Shown: positions 1 through 12,890 of the stretch, piece after piece
How positions within the stretch are numbered: the first letter of the stretch is position 1
Layout: each line of letters begins with the position of its first letter
The notes under the pieces: model-generated
The model's database searches: none
Seen by the model: the letters and a program-made list of their open reading frames with translations, nothing else
Told to the model about the DNA's origin: nothing
Translations under genes and position numbers: made by a program
Source of the DNA: Octopus bimaculoides
Lineage: Eukaryota
Assembly (NCBI RefSeq): GCF_001194135.2
Contig: NC_068982.1
Span: 94,283,952 to 94,347,951 of the forward strand
DNA length: 64,000 nucleotides
Direction of reading: 5' to 3'

Positions 1-329
1 AACTTCTATAGTGATAACCAAATGAGTTACATGCCTCAATGCGAGTAGTGGAAACTCATTTGAAATTACAATAACATCAATTACACGCGCACGCACACAC
101 ACACATACACACACAAATACAAACGTGCGCGCGCATACACATATAGAGGAAATGAAGTTCAAAATGCATAGAGAATATATTAGAATAAATTAGAATTCAA
201 TTATATTCTAAAATATTAAATTCTAATTCGATTTATTCTATATGCATTTTCAACTTCATTTCTTCTGCTCCCCCACGTACTGGAACTTTGACTACCATGA
301 CTAAAGTTGGGTCTAAAACTGGAGTAGTT

Positions 330-500
330 TCTCGTTGCCTTCTCCAGGAAGATGAGATTTGAACTCAGAATGTAGAGAGCTGGAAGATATACCGCAAGGC
401 ACCTCTACTGACACGCCAACAATTCTTCCACTCTCTCACCTGCAGAGCAACGTGAAATGAAGTATTTTCTCCAGAACAAAACGCGCCGTCTAATCCGGGA
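330..500 (-). mobile_element. Degenerate SINE fragments
   Basis: GATTTGAACTCAGAATGTAGAGAG matches the GAATTTGAACTCAGAACGTA motif of the 18647 SINE. GCAACGTGAAATGAAGT recurs at about 5684. Confidence 0.5.
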
Positions 501-1999
501 ATTGAAGAGAGGAGAAAGTTCTGTTACTTGAAATTACATCCAAGTTGAAGAAATTCAAAATCTTTTAATTTTTTTCGTAATAGATGGGATGTTAGATGGG
601 TTGCAGTCTCTTTGCATTGAATTAATAATTAATAATTGATGTAAGTCAATTACTGCTAATCAGAACTTCTCCATTTTCTGTTCTCTCTAAATTTATATAT
701 ACATATATAAATTTATATATATATATATGTATATATATNNNNNNNNNNNNNNNNNNNNNNNNNNNNNNNNNNNNNNNNNNNNNNNNNNNNNNNNNNNNNN
801 NNNNNNNNNNNNNNNNNNNNNNNNNNNNNNNNNNNNNNNNNNNNNNNNNNNNNNNNNNNNNNNNNNNNNNNNNNNNNNNNNNNNNNNNNNNNNNNNNNNN
901 NNNNNNNNNNNNNNNNNNNNNNNNNNNNNNNNNNNNNNNNNNNNNNNNNNNNNNNNNNNNNNNNNNNNNNNNNNNNNNNNNNNNNNNNNNNNNNNNNNNN
1001 NNNNNNNNNNNNNNNNNNNNNNNNNNNNNNNNNNNNNNNNNNNNNNNNNNNNNNNNNNNNNNNNNNNNNNNNNNNNNNNNNNNNNNNNNNNNNNNNNNNN
1101 NNNNNNNNNNNNNNNNNNNNNNNNNNNNNNNNNNNNNNNNNNNNNNNNNNNNNNNNNNNNNNNNNNNNNNNNNNNNNNNNNNNNNNNNNNNNNNNNNNNN
1201 NNNNNNNNNNNNNNNNNNNNNNNNNNNNNNNNNNNNNNNNNNNNNNNNNNNNNNNNNNNNNNNNNNNNNNNNNNNNNNNNNNNNNNNNNNNNNNNNNNNN
1301 NNNNNNNNNNNNNNNNNNNNNNNNNNNNNNNNNNNNNNNNNNNNNNNNNNNNNNNNNNNNNNNNNNNNNNNNNNNNNNNNNNNNNNNNNNNNNNNNNNNN
1401 NNNNNNNNNNNNNNNNNNNNNNNNNNNNNNNNNNNNNNNNNNNNNNNNNNNNNNNNNNNNNNNNNNNNNNNNNNNNNNNNNNNNNNNNNNNNNNNNNNNN
1501 NNNNNNNNNNNNNNNNNNNNNNNNNNNNNNNNNNNNNNNNNNNNNNNNNNNNNNNNNNNNNNNNNNNNNNNNNNNNNNNNNNNNNNNNNNNNNNNNNNNN
1601 NNNNNNNNNNNNNNNNNNNNNNNNNNNNNNNNNNNNNNNNNNNNNNNNNNNNNNNNNNNNNNNNNNNNNNNNNNNNNNNNNNNNNNNNNNNNNNATATAT
1701 ATATATATATATAGATAGATAGATATACAATTTTTCAGGCCGATCCCATGGAAAAAAGTTTTCACCTCCATTTTGAAAACAGTCTCGTTTCGTTCTCAGG
1801 ATTTCTTGTAAATTCGTGTAAATGAAACAATGAAACAATGAATCAAGTGGCGATGCTCTAGAAAGCATTTTGGGAGTTTGTCTCCCTTAGATTTGTGTTT
1901 TCGGGAAGTTTCTTTATTTTTTTTCGATTATCTGTTTGTCTTTGTTCTGGACATGATGTATTTGTACTTGTATGTTGAGGTTGTGCGAAAATCAGTTGC

Positions 2000-2600
2000 A
2001 ATAGGAGGAGCTGAATCTCATAAGAATGGAAAAACAAACAAATTGGTTGTACCTTATAATGAAACACTTTTAAGAACATTCAAATGTCGCTGTAACGTTG
2101 GAACAGTTGCCTCAGTGTTGGTCATTAAGTACGTCATCAAGTACACGGGGAATAGAAGTGACTAAGCTGCTGTTCAAATAAACAATGATAACGAAATTAG
2201 TCATTATCTAATGAGTAGGTATATTGGACCATTCGAAGCAGTTGCATCTATTTTAGGATTTTCAGCGCATGAAAGAGCACCTGTAATAGACTACTGTAAT
2301 AGAGAATATTGCTCAGAAATAATGAGGATATATATGGCTGTCAATGAACGACATATGAGAACAACATTGACAGAATGTTGACATTGCAAAAAGCATTACT
2401 TTATGCTGAAGTACCTATGTATTTCACTTGGGGCAGTTGTAATAAAGAATGGCAAAGGAGAAAGGGAGGAATAAATTTGAAGGTCATTTGAACGTTTTCA
2501 AAGAAAAAAAACACTTGGTCATGTTTATGTTATCCTACTAAAAAAGAACTGTATTATTTAAGAATTTTATTACATGAAGTTCGAAAGAGTACTTTTTTCC
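2000..2600 (+). mobile_element. Helitron Rep-domain remnant (pseudogenised)
   Basis: Translation across stops and frameshifts gives LVVPYNETLLRTFKCRCNV, IKYVIKY, EISHYLMSRYIGPFEAVASILGF..HERAP, LLYAEVPMYFTW and LYYLRILLHEVR. These are collinear with conserved Helitron RepHel motifs (VVPYN..L...F..HINVE; RYIS..EA.W.I..F..HER.P; YYLRLLL..V.G). Confidence 0.8.
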
Positions 2601-4457
2601 TTTCCCTCTACGCATCGAGATTTCTAACTTGGAGTGGTTGTATCCTAATGGGTCACGGAGGGTACATCTAGTATATATACAGATATACTAGATGTACCTG
2701 TATATATACGTATGCGCGCGCGTGTTAGTGCGTCACGTTGGTTGTTTATATTACATTTGCAGATTCAAATTTCTTTACAGTACGTTCTATCGTTTATTAG
2801 TTTGTGGTTATGTATTTAGGAGGTGACACTCTTTTTTTACGCTCGTGTTTTTTGCGTTTATTTTCTAAACATAAGTTTTGTAATTAGGTGTGATATATAT
2901 GTTGTCTTCTCTTTTTAAGCTATTTTTTTTAATGACGCCTTCATTTTTCTCTATCCTGTAATCAGTGAACATATGATTCTTGCAATATCTCAATCAATAA
3001 ACTCGGCATAGATAGTATATTTGCACATTCTTCTAATATAAAGCGAAGGAAGATGATTGACTTTGTAAGCATAGAAAATCCAAATGCAAGGTCAAATGTA
3101 AGCTTAAAGAGGCTAACACCATTATGTTATCGAAGGATAAAATTCAATGTGCCACCCAATGCGCCACTCACAAAAAGTAAAAAAATCACACACACGCACA
3201 CACACACGCACACACACACACACACACACACCCACACCCACACACACGTGTGTTTGTATGTGCTTGTGCGTGCGAAGGTGTGTTTGTATATGCGGATATG
3301 GTTCCATATATGTTTGTGTATATAAATGTGTGAGTCTGTCGATGTTATTTCTATATTGGCATTTGATCCTCTTCTGTTTACTTCGCACGCTTCAAATATA
3401 ATTTAACCTAAACAACTAGAACCTAATATTTGTAGGGTTCTTCCACATAAAATACCAAAAATGCATGCGAGACGATGTATGCTTAAAAACTAACCATCTA
3501 TGTGCCATGACAATGATGAGAAAGAAAGAAATGAGAAGAAAAAAGGCGAGAAAGAACAAATGAAAGGGAAAAGAAAAAGAAGACGGAACAGTGACAATGA
3601 TAAATGCTTATATAGTCATAAACAGTGAAGAGAAGAGAAATAATGCAGATGACTAACGACGACCGATATTAAGAAGTCAAATGCCAGTCAACTTGAATGC
3701 AACGTTTGACGGTAAGTTCAATGAGGAAGAAAAAAAATCACCTAAAGTATATAAGAACTTACTATTAACTATTTTTCAAACAGTTGTAGCACTACTGCGT
3801 CAGTGATCAGTTTGCAATAATGTGATACAAATGCTGGCCTATTGCAATTAATTCAAAGTGAATTTAAATGTTTTTGTGTGTTTTAAATGGTTAACATGAT
3901 CGATATCCTATGTTTTAGCTAATACTATACGTATAGGCATTAGCACACACTCACGTTCCCAAAGATATTAAGCTGAAACTTTATGAACTTCGACTCTGAG
4001 TTTTTTAAACCATAAAGAGTTTTTAAACTGTAAAGAAATCGTACAACTTGACTTATATATGTGAAATACAAACCATTGAATATGCAGATTAATGATAGGA
4101 ATTTTTTTGCTTTGATTAGATCGTGTCACAGTATAATTATAGGAGGCTGTATAATTATTTCATAGTAAATAGTAAAAACAAAAACCAAGACGCTCACAGG
4201 TTTTCGCAAAATCTAGGCTAATCATTGCTATATTAAAAGAATTAGCATCAAACTTCTTTACAACAGGTCATTATCAAAAGAAAGCAATTGCCATGCATGT
4301 GTGATTATTTTTGTATCTGATTTACTGATTGAAGCATAGCTTTTGGCGAAAACAGATTTTTGGAGTAACGATTTTTTTAAATCATAGGATAAAATTCAAT
4401 TCGAAGCTGAAAAAAACCATATCAAAGTTTATTACTTATACTATTAAAGCAACTAGT

Positions 4458-4749
4458 GCGGAGGCGTAATGGCCCAGTGGTTAGGGCAGCCGACTCGTAG
4501 TTATAGGATCGCGGTTTCGATTCCCAGACCGGGCGTTGTGAGTGTTTATTGAGTGAAAACATCTAAAGCTCCACGTGGACCTCTCGCAGGGGATGGTGGC
4601 GAACTCTGCTGTACTCTTTCACCACAACTTTCTCTTTCTTTGTTGTGCCTGTAATTCGATGGGTCAGCCTTGTTACGCTGAATTTCCCCGAGAACTACGT
4701 TAAGGGCACACGTGTCTGTGGAGTGCTCAGTCACTTGCACGTTAATTTT
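4458..4749 (+). mobile_element. tRNA-derived SINE
   Basis: A-box TGGCCCAGTGG and B-box GGTTTCGATTCC in a tRNA-like head, followed by about 220 bp of non-tRNA body. Confidence 0.85.
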
Positions 4750-5569
4750 GCTTAATGCTAAGAATAATAATGTCTATGATTCTTTTATTGAATAAAACCT
4801 CACTTGCTCGTTTCACAGAAATTTAATATCAAATATCCGTTCAGTGCTAATATATTTTATCGCCGTTAATCGAAATATTTGTTGAAATATTGTAATATGT
4901 ATAGCTGATGAACAATCGTACTCTAACTGTTTGATTAAATTAAAAATTGAATTAAACAGTGACGTCACTAAGGATAAAAACTATATATTGGTGATAGGAA
5001 AGAGAAACAGACTAAGGAGTGCAAATAATAATAATTAGGTAAAGCAAGTTAGAGAATTCAAATCAAAGTAAATACAAAATGCATGTAAGTATAAAAATGT
5101 GTAAAATAAACAAATGAATGAAATAGACAAAAGTTAGCTGTTATACAATTTAATGATATCCATTGTAACTCATTTAACACAAGAAGGCAACAACTGCCGG
5201 TTTACTATGATATTTATAGTGCTAAAAGAAGTTCAATTGTTGGCACATCTTAACTTGAAGAAATGATATTTATAAAAAGAGGATTAATAAACAATGTGTT
5301 AATAAGCACGAAATATGTAAATATAACTCTAGCTCAAATACAAGGTTTAGTATTTGATTTTAGAGGAACAAATAAACAGTAAATACAGATCAAGCAGCAT
5401 GAAAGGTATAAAAATAAAGAGAACCACAATATAATACTCTCGTATATCTATTTCTTTTCCTTTCTTCATAGAATGGATATTTATCCTCTCTTTTTCAAAT
5501 GATTTTTTAATGTTACTCTCTGCTAAAATAATGTTTCCAATCCCCTGCACACTTTGCATTTTAGCTTTC

Positions 5570-5725
5570 AAATGATGTCATCACGCTGCCTAAACTGGCC
5601 GGACAATATCCTCTCTGAACGGAACGCCAGTTCGTCGCTGAGTTACCACCCTTTTACACCTGAACCGACTGAAGCAACATGAAATGAAGTGCAGCCACTT
5701 TGGAATTGGAAGCTACGATCTCGCA
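5570..5725 (-). mobile_element. Degenerate SINE remnant
   Basis: GAAGCAACATGAAATGAAGTG and GGAATTGGAAGCTACGATCTC read as a reversed tRNA-like head; same motif as at about 445. Confidence 0.5.
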
Positions 5726-5856
5726 AAAATAATTCGGCAGCTATTGACGATAACAATTTCTCTCATTTCCGTTTACTCTTCGTTAGGTATCTGACAGGTT
5801 CGTTTTATGAACCTACGAAACTTTAAGTTGCATGGAGCTTAGTCAAACTTTTATTC

Positions 5857-5906
<50 letters not shown>

Positions 5907-5944
5907 ACACATGTATACATACATGTGCGTATAAAGGTAAAATT

Positions 5945-6057
5945 CCTTCTTGAGTTATACCGACTCGTTGGGGCTGGTTTCCCGGTTTCCATGGTACATT
6001 TACTCCCCACCTGGACATGACGCCTCTCCGTCAGAGGATTACTCATTTTCGCCAGCT
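5945..6057 (-). mobile_element. SINE fragment cut by an assembly gap
   Basis: GC-rich GGGGCTGGTTTCCCGGTTTC...TTACTCATTTTCGCCAGCT, recalled as an octopus SINE body; ends at the N-run. Confidence 0.55.
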
Positions 6058-6429
6058 NNNNNNNNNNNNNNNNNNNNNNNNNNNNNNNNNNNNNNNNNNN
6101 NNNNNNNNNNNNNNNNNNNNNNNNNNNNNNNNNNNNNNNNNNNNNNNNNNNNNNNNNNNNNNNNNNNNNNNNNNNNNNNNNNNNNNNNNNNNNNNNNNNN
6201 NNNNNNNNNNNNNNNNNNNNNNNNNNNNNNNNNNNNNNNNNNNNNNNNNNNNNNNNNNNNNNNNNNNNNNNNNNNNNNNNNNNNNNNNNNNNNNNNNNNN
6301 NNNNNNNNNNNNNNNNNNNNNNNNNNNNNNNNNNNNNNNNNNNNNNNNNNNNNNNNNNNNNNNNNNNNNNNNNNNNNNNNNNNNNNNNNNNNNNNNNNNN
6401 NNNNNNNNNNNNNNNNNNNNNNNNNNNNN

Positions 6430-6463
<34 letters not shown>

Positions 6464-6709
6464 GTATATACATGCATATATGTTGATATACATCCGTATA
6501 TATGTGTGTTCGTTTATATACACATAGCTGTACATACACTTATATATGTATATATTTTTAATGAATATAGGAAAATATATAGATATCAACAAATTTAGGG
6601 AAAACAGCAATTAAAAAATATTTATGTATGAAGGACTCATGAAAAAATATGAATATATAAGTGGAAAATAACGTGAGACTGAATTGATCTACTCTGAATA
6701 TGCTTTTCT

Positions 6710-7030
6710 TAGCGGGAGGAAAGAAACTGGAAGAGGGCACTTTCTCATGCCTTGAACATGGCAGGGTAAGCCGGGTTTTTTGTGAAGAGTTTACCCAGGA
6801 TTACCCAAAGTGGAGATACTATTTATTTATTTATTTATTTATTTATTTCTATACTTTCTATTATATATCCTCTGTTATATCCTTTAATGTGGTAGTATGT
6901 CCTCTTGATTGATGTTAACCCCACATGTTTTTGTAGTTTTTGCGACTTATTTTGTACTGTAACTCGTCCTTCGATATTGCACTCCATGTCTTGGGCCCTT
7001 GAGGCCAATAAGAGAAATCCGTATTATTAT
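6710..7030 (+). mobile_element. L1/Tx1-type LINE 3' tail fragment
   Basis: AAGAGGGCACTTTCTC and the T-rich tail resemble the 3' end of the element at 8530-8750; ends in AATAAGAGAAATCCGTATTATTAT. Confidence 0.45.
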
Positions 7031-7032
7031 CG

Positions 7033-7205
7033 TTAAGGCGGTGTGCTGGCAGAAATATTAGCACGCTGACACGAAATGCATAGCGGTATTTTGCCCGTCA
7101 CTACGTTCTGAGTTGAAATTCTGCCGAGGTCGGCTTTGCCTTTCACTCCTTTCGAGATCGATAAAATAAGAACCCGTGGAAGATTGTGCCTATAATAGAA
7201 AGGGT
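7033..7205 (+). mobile_element. tRNA-derived SINE (MetaSINE-like core)
   Basis: GCTGGCAGAAATATTAGCACG head, GTCGGCTTTGCCTTTCA...GTCGATAAAATAAG core, tail running into (TAT)n. Confidence 0.85.
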
Positions 7206-7234
7206 TATTATCATTATTATTATTATTATTATTA

Positions 7235-7331
<97 letters not shown>

Positions 7332-7332
7332 T
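7205..7332. repeat. (TAT)n microsatellite, SINE tail
   Basis: Directly visible. Confidence 0.95.
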
Positions 7333-7479
7333 TAGACATCACACAATATACAATATCGTGAGGTTGCTGATTGAAGATATTATCTACCGGGGGTTTGTAC
7401 TGTTTGTCAAGTCACAACAATCACCTCAAACAGACAGTACTTTACGCAATATGCATGCAGTTCCAAATAATGCAGACGT

Positions 7480-8744
7480 TTGCAAAACATCTGGATTGTA
7501 GGGTATTTCTAAGGTTTTCAGATGTTCTTTCAGATTGTGTGGTATACTGCAGACATGAAAGCGTTGAGAGGCATCCCGCGCGAACTAGGGCGTAGGACAA
7601 CCGTGTCGGCAAATGCAGACGACGCCACCGTCATAGTATCAAACATTCGGCACATCGACTTGGTCGGCATTGCCGTAGGAGAATATGAGGTGGTGACAGG
7701 AGCAAAAATTGGTCAAAAACTGTCTGTGGACTTGCAGCTCGGCAACTGGAGATGTAGGTCCATGCCATCCAATAACGTCGTGGGACGCTTGGTGGAGGAC
7801 TGGGCATACTGTGGCTGCTGATGCGTAGAGTTGAGCTGACGCTACGACATCTCCAGCGCTTTCTTGGCAGTGAGAAGGGCGCCTAGCACCTAGAGTTTCG
7901 TCAAGCGCTCACAACCCTCTTTCAGTCGAGCAATGCGATTAGTGGATGTTCAATTTTAGCATTCTATAGAGTGTTAGCGGCGGGCAAGTGCGATGACGTC
8001 CTCTGGGAGACTCTGGGTGTCGACGAGAATCAAATGGCTGGTTTGTTCTCGACGACTCTCGGAGCGTATGAGTAATTTCCGGTAATGCTTGAACTGAAGA
8101 GAGTGGCATTGCCGGTTCGGGATAAATTCTACAGGCACGGAAGTATCATCAGTCAGGCTTGCTAAAGATGCTCATAGAGCGACAAAACTGTTCTGAACAC
8201 TTTCAGTCAGTGCCCGTGTATTGCTGATTTGTAGGTTTATCTGCTATCACGTGTAGGACGGATCCGGCTATCGGCTGAGTGCATTGTGAAGGTTGTCTAG
8301 CCGCCTTTCTTTGGCCGGGAAGGGCAGGCAGTGTTTCTGTCTCGTAGCAAAAGAGATTGTGAGATGGACCAGATTAAAAAGGCTGAAAGCAGGTACTTTT
8401 CCTCTTTGACCAACCTCTCATTAACTGTTTCAAGTTTCACTTGAAACGGAAAGTGAGGGTAGAAACGTGGGTGAAAGTGGAAAGAATGGTCCCAATGACC
8501 GGGCTTCCTCAAAGCATAGGCCTTTAGACGACAAAAAGAGGGCACTTCTCCTAGTGGCCAGGGCCTCCGTGGTTTTGTAGAGTTTTCATGATCAGCCCTG
8601 GTAAGTCTCCCACTTTTATAGAGTTTTTCATTGTTGAAATTTATATTATCGTTGTCACTGTTTACACACCGTATTTTATATAATCACATTGCCTTTTAAC
8701 ATCCCCAGTGTTTTTTGTGAACCCTTAGTGGTTAATAAAGAAAA

Positions 8745-8750
<6 letters not shown>
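7480..8750 (+). mobile_element. L1/Tx1-clade LINE, 5'-truncated RT C-terminus plus 3' UTR (decayed)
   Basis: VSANADDATVIV (RT xADD motif), EYEVVTGAKI and LQLGNW match the minus-strand copy at 37-38 kb (GAKINQEKSVGLQLGTW). Ends AATAAAG followed by (ATT)n. Confidence 0.85.
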
Positions 8751-8801
<51 letters not shown>

Positions 8802-8802
<1 letters not shown>

Positions 8803-8957
8803 CCGAAGTCGACTTTGCCTTTCGTTTCGGGGTCGATAAATTAAGTACCAGTAAAACACTGGGGTTGATGAATTAAGTTCCTGTGAAACAGTGGGGTTAA
8901 TGAGATCTACTATCCGTCTACCATCGATTTCCAGGCTTTGTGCTTATAGTAGAATGG

Positions 8958-8960
<3 letters not shown>
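8802..8960 (+). mobile_element. SINE core and tail fragment
   Basis: GTCGACTTTGCCTTTCGTTTCGGGGTCGATAAATTAAGTACCAG core between (ATT)n tracts. Confidence 0.75.
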
Positions 8961-9015
<55 letters not shown>

Positions 9016-9399
9016 GTAGTAGTAGTAGTAGTATGAAGTGTAAAATATGATAAGAAATGGTGTGTTTATTAGATTATGGAGCATAAGTGCAGGCTTCGTG
9101 TTCTACAAATGTGACTGAGAATAATGAAAGGAGGTAAGCTATTCTTTTGAGAGGAATTTAGCATATGTGGGAATGTGGTTGATGAGAATTTGAAAGGGAG
9201 ATTAGATCTTCACAAGATGAGGAAGACGCATATAAACGTGAGAAGACGAATGATAAGTGAATTAAAAGTAAAACTGATAATGAACTGCTGATATAAAAAA
9301 TAAAAGTAGTATATTTTCTGATCACAAGTTCATATAGAATATTCTTTAGAGATATAAATCGATATAAAAAATAGAGTAAGAATGTTTGTCACTAGAATG

Positions 9400-9800
9400 A
9401 GAGTGAAAACAAAAACTGATAGTGTTTGAAAAATTCGTAAAGAACAACACTTAATTAGATGGTTGCCAAGCAATGACAACAAAGCTTGCAAATGAAAAGT
9501 GAATATATATTTACTGGCCGGCTTCAATAAGTCTATTGGTATAAATACACCTGAAGTATTTAAAAGAAACATTTCAAAAACTAGAAGAGCTGTGATGCAG
9601 ATGTGATGAATAAAACTTAATGCCAAGTGACTAGGCATGTTACTGTTCGAAGGATATTTGTCGGAATATTTAAAGTGATAAGGAAATAGACATCATGGTT
9701 AAGAATAGAATAAAGAAGACGAATACGATAGTAAATAATAGAAGGAAATGCTTATAGCTATCAAAGTAATACATTAGAAAAAAAATTAACCGGAGTTCAA
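9400..9800 (+). mobile_element. Highly degenerate LINE RT remnant
   Basis: Fragments LEEL*CRC, IKLNAK and DKEIDIMVKNRIKK resemble the C-terminal RT subdomains of CR1/RTE-type LINEs; many stops. Confidence 0.3.
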
Positions 9801-10611
9801 ACCACAGTAGCATAATGTTTACGAATATAAAAGCATACATCGTGTATAAATAAATTACTAGCTACATGTTTCAGGAAATGAATGTATTCTAACAGAATAC
9901 AAATAAATGTGTAGGCTACAAATACAAAATGAAATAGACATACACACATACGTATATGATACATTCTCCATATATATTGAAAATGCAAGGGGATTATCAA
10001 ATCCGAGCTGCATCCACAGTCAGCACTTCTGCGAATACTGGCTAACAGAGTGTATACAAGTGGTTAATTTTCTTTAAAGGAAACCACTCATACAAACCGA
10101 AAGTGTAATAAATAAGTTGAAAAGTATAATATAATACTTGTAAGAATGGAGTTTTTGGTATTACATTTATTTTTCAACAAGCAAAAATGCTTATATATAT
10201 ATATATATNNNNNNNNNNNNNNNNNNNNNNNNNNNNNNNNNNNNNNNNNNNNNNNNNNNNNNNNNNNNNNNNNNNNNNNNNNNNNNNNNNNNNNNNNNNN
10301 NNNNNNNNNNNNNNNNNNNNNNNNNNNNNNNNNNNNNNNNNNNNNNNNNNNNNNNNNNNNNNNNNNNNNNNNNNNNNNNNNNNNATATATATATATATAA
10401 TATATATATATATACTTTTTATGTTTCACTTTACCAGAAATTTGGCAATAGCATAGTCTTAAGCACACTACTGAGTATGGGAGTTCGTTGAAAGCTCCAA
10501 CAGTGAATAAAATGTATCAGGATAAACGGTACTCTACCTGTAATGGTAGGGATCTACTCACTGACTTTGCTTAACTCATCATTATCAGAATCAAAGAACA
10601 ACATTACTCAC

Positions 10612-10638
10612 AGAATTTTAGCGATACTGAATAACGCT
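10612..10638 (-). CDS. Candidate internal micro-exon (27 nt, phase 2/2) of an unassigned minus-strand gene
   Basis: Acceptor TTTTGGTGTTTTTACAG, donor GTGAGT. Reads (R)ALFSIAKI(L) in phase with the 11809 exon. Confidence 0.5.
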
Positions 10639-11149
10639 CTGTAAAAACACCAAAAACAATCCACAGTAAACAAAATACACGGGTACATTTCAATCAATAA
10701 TTATTTACTACTCGAGGAAAGTAACTTAAATTTCAGTGTAGATATCAGACTAGGCTCGAACAAATCCTCCCTCAAATCCTTCCTCTCCAATCGACAAGTT
10801 GTTTTGTTCCATACTTCACGTCTATACGAGTATATGAGACTTTAGAACAAAACTGAGTGATTGTATTTTTCGTTTGGATACCGTAGTAAATGAAACGTAA
10901 GTTATACCCCTCGTATTGTTAGTAATTATCTTATAAGAAATGTTCAGTGTCTCTACCTAAATTGTCGTGTTGAAAAATACTTAAAAGATTGAGTGATTGC
11001 TTAATTAGTGGTTAAATTGGTAATTTATGTGATTGCTTTGTTAATTAAAGAACTATAAACGAAAGAAATCCCACATGTGTATTAGATCTAGTTCAACATA
11101 AATGTGGAGAAGACAGGAATTTAGATCAATTCTCAACAAATGAATTCTA

Positions 11150-11429
11150 AAAACGTGTTGTTGCTAAAGAAAGTGTTACTCATTGACAATCATTAAAAAG
11201 CAAATGCGGATTCCGAAAAATATCGAAAATATAGGCATGGTGAATTAAGTAATCTATTGATTTCTTAAATAGTCACAAAGCATCGACTTTGTATTCGATG
11301 GGAAGCAAGATTCTGAGGCGTTTACGCCTTTTCAAGAGTATTAGTGAAGTAGGTGAATTGAAATTCTTTCGTAGTAGATTTTGAAATTGCATTGCTGAAC
11401 GTTATTTTTCAGTGCAAAGAAATATCTAA

Positions 11430-11430
<1 letters not shown>
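11150..11430 (+). mobile_element. Possible MULE transposase remnant
   Basis: SFVVDFEIALLNVIF resembles the MULE DDE segment xxDFExAxxNA. Upstream FDGKQDSEAFTPF resembles LLPGKSxxxY..F. Broken frames. Confidence 0.35.
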
Positions 11431-11478
<48 letters not shown>

Positions 11479-11628
11479 GCACACACACACACACATATAT
11501 ATAAGCTGATAATAGAATACAAATCTATAACTACATGATTAGTTTTAAAGTGTGTTCATATGTACACATGCATATATGCATGTACGCGCAAAATTGCACA
11601 GACACTTTCATTCACATACACAGACACA

Positions 11629-11690
<62 letters not shown>

Positions 11691-11808
11691 TAACTGCAAA
11701 ATGCTTACATAGAATTTCATCCACGGAAATACGCAAACACTTACACACAATACTCACACACGTACACACAAAAATAACTACAAAACACATACATAGCTGT
11801 TCTCTTAC

Positions 11809-11848
11809 CTTGATAACCTAGTTAGATTTTGCTGAAAGGGAGACAATT
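11809..11848 (-). CDS. Candidate internal exon (40 nt, phase 1/2)
   Basis: Acceptor CATATCTTTACAG, donor AAG|GTAAGA. Reads (E)LSPFQQNLTRLS(R). Confidence 0.55.
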
Positions 11849-12298
11849 CTGTAAAGATATGATGAATATTAAATCAACTGTGAAACATTTCAAAAACTCT
11901 ATTCAGTATACAAAATAAAGAGAAATGGGGTCAATTCATTCAACTACAAATTGGTACCCCAACATGGCCGCAGTCTAAGGACTGAATGACGTAAAATGTA
12001 AAAAAGAAATGTGGTTGGTGAGTTCTAAGGGTGTTGAATTTTCTCTCAAAGATTAAAATTGACTCAAGTATAATGAAAATAGATCGCATATAATTATCTG
12101 ACCGATGACTAGTATAAATGGTATAATAAACAGTAAGATATGAGGAAAGCAGTGATGGCTTGCTTCGAAAACTAATGTGTATAAGCAATCGAAAGGTGGA
12201 TCAAATTGGCATACAGAAAAGAAGAAAAAAATCTAACCTTTCCACTGTAACGAAATTGTGAAAAGGCTAGATTTTCTGCTGTCTTTTTATCGTTTATC

Positions 12299-12711
12299 AT
12301 TTACTTGTTTCAGTCATTAGACTGCAGCCATGCTGGGGCACCACCTTGAAGAATGTTTTAGTTGAATGAATTGACTCCAGTATTTATTTACTTTTTAAAG
12401 CCTGGTACCTATTCTGTCGGTTTTCTTGGCATAAACAGACCATCACCGGTTGTCAAATGGTCAGGGGGTAAACACAGACACAAAGATTCATACACACACA
12501 TATATATATATATATATGTATGTATGTGTGTGTGTGTGTATGTGTGTGTAGGACGTATTTCTTTCCGTTTCCGTCTACCAAATGCACTCACAAAGCTTTG
12601 ATTGTCCCGAGGCTGTAGAAGACACTTGTCCAGGATGTCACACAGTGAGACAAAATCCGGAGCGATGTGGTTACGAATCAGACATCTTACCAAACCGTCA
12701 CACCTGAGCCT
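12299..12711 (-). mobile_element. tRNA-derived SINE with internal (CA)/(TA) microsatellite
   Basis: Diverged reverse-complement copy of the element at 56996-57465 (TTTACTTGTTTCAGTCATT...GCCATGCTGGGGCACC end). Confidence 0.85.
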
Positions 12712-12762
12712 ATGTTAAAAAACTAATAAATCATACATGTACTGAGTTATAATAATTTTTAC

Positions 12763-12890
12763 CTAGAATGGAAACAATGTCTACCCCCTGAGAGTGTCTT
12801 ATTTCAAGTAACGAATAATAATATCTTAATGTGCCAAGTGATATTGTTACTGCAGTGAAGTAAGTCTCAGTAGATTCATACTCAATGTTG
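12763..12890 (-). CDS. Candidate internal exon (128 nt, phase 2/1)
   Basis: Acceptor ATATTTTCAG, donor TAG|GTAAAA. Open frame NIEYESTETYFTAVTISLGTLRYYYSLLEIRHSQGVDIVSIL. Confidence 0.55.

Noticed and set aside
693-1868. Long ORFs in the supplied track (also at about 5855, 10088, 23368, 29288, 43947, 54333, 55346, 57030, 58833 and 62800)
   Set aside because: They are open only because they run through N gaps (poly-X) and microsatellites.
1740-1990. Short minus-strand frames next to the Helitron remnant
   Set aside because: No splice context, no recognisable motif, all under 75 codons.
4458-4535. tRNA-like sequence with A and B boxes (also at 56996-57065)
   Set aside because: No closed acceptor stem or T-terminator; it continues into a SINE body, so these are SINE heads, not tRNA genes.
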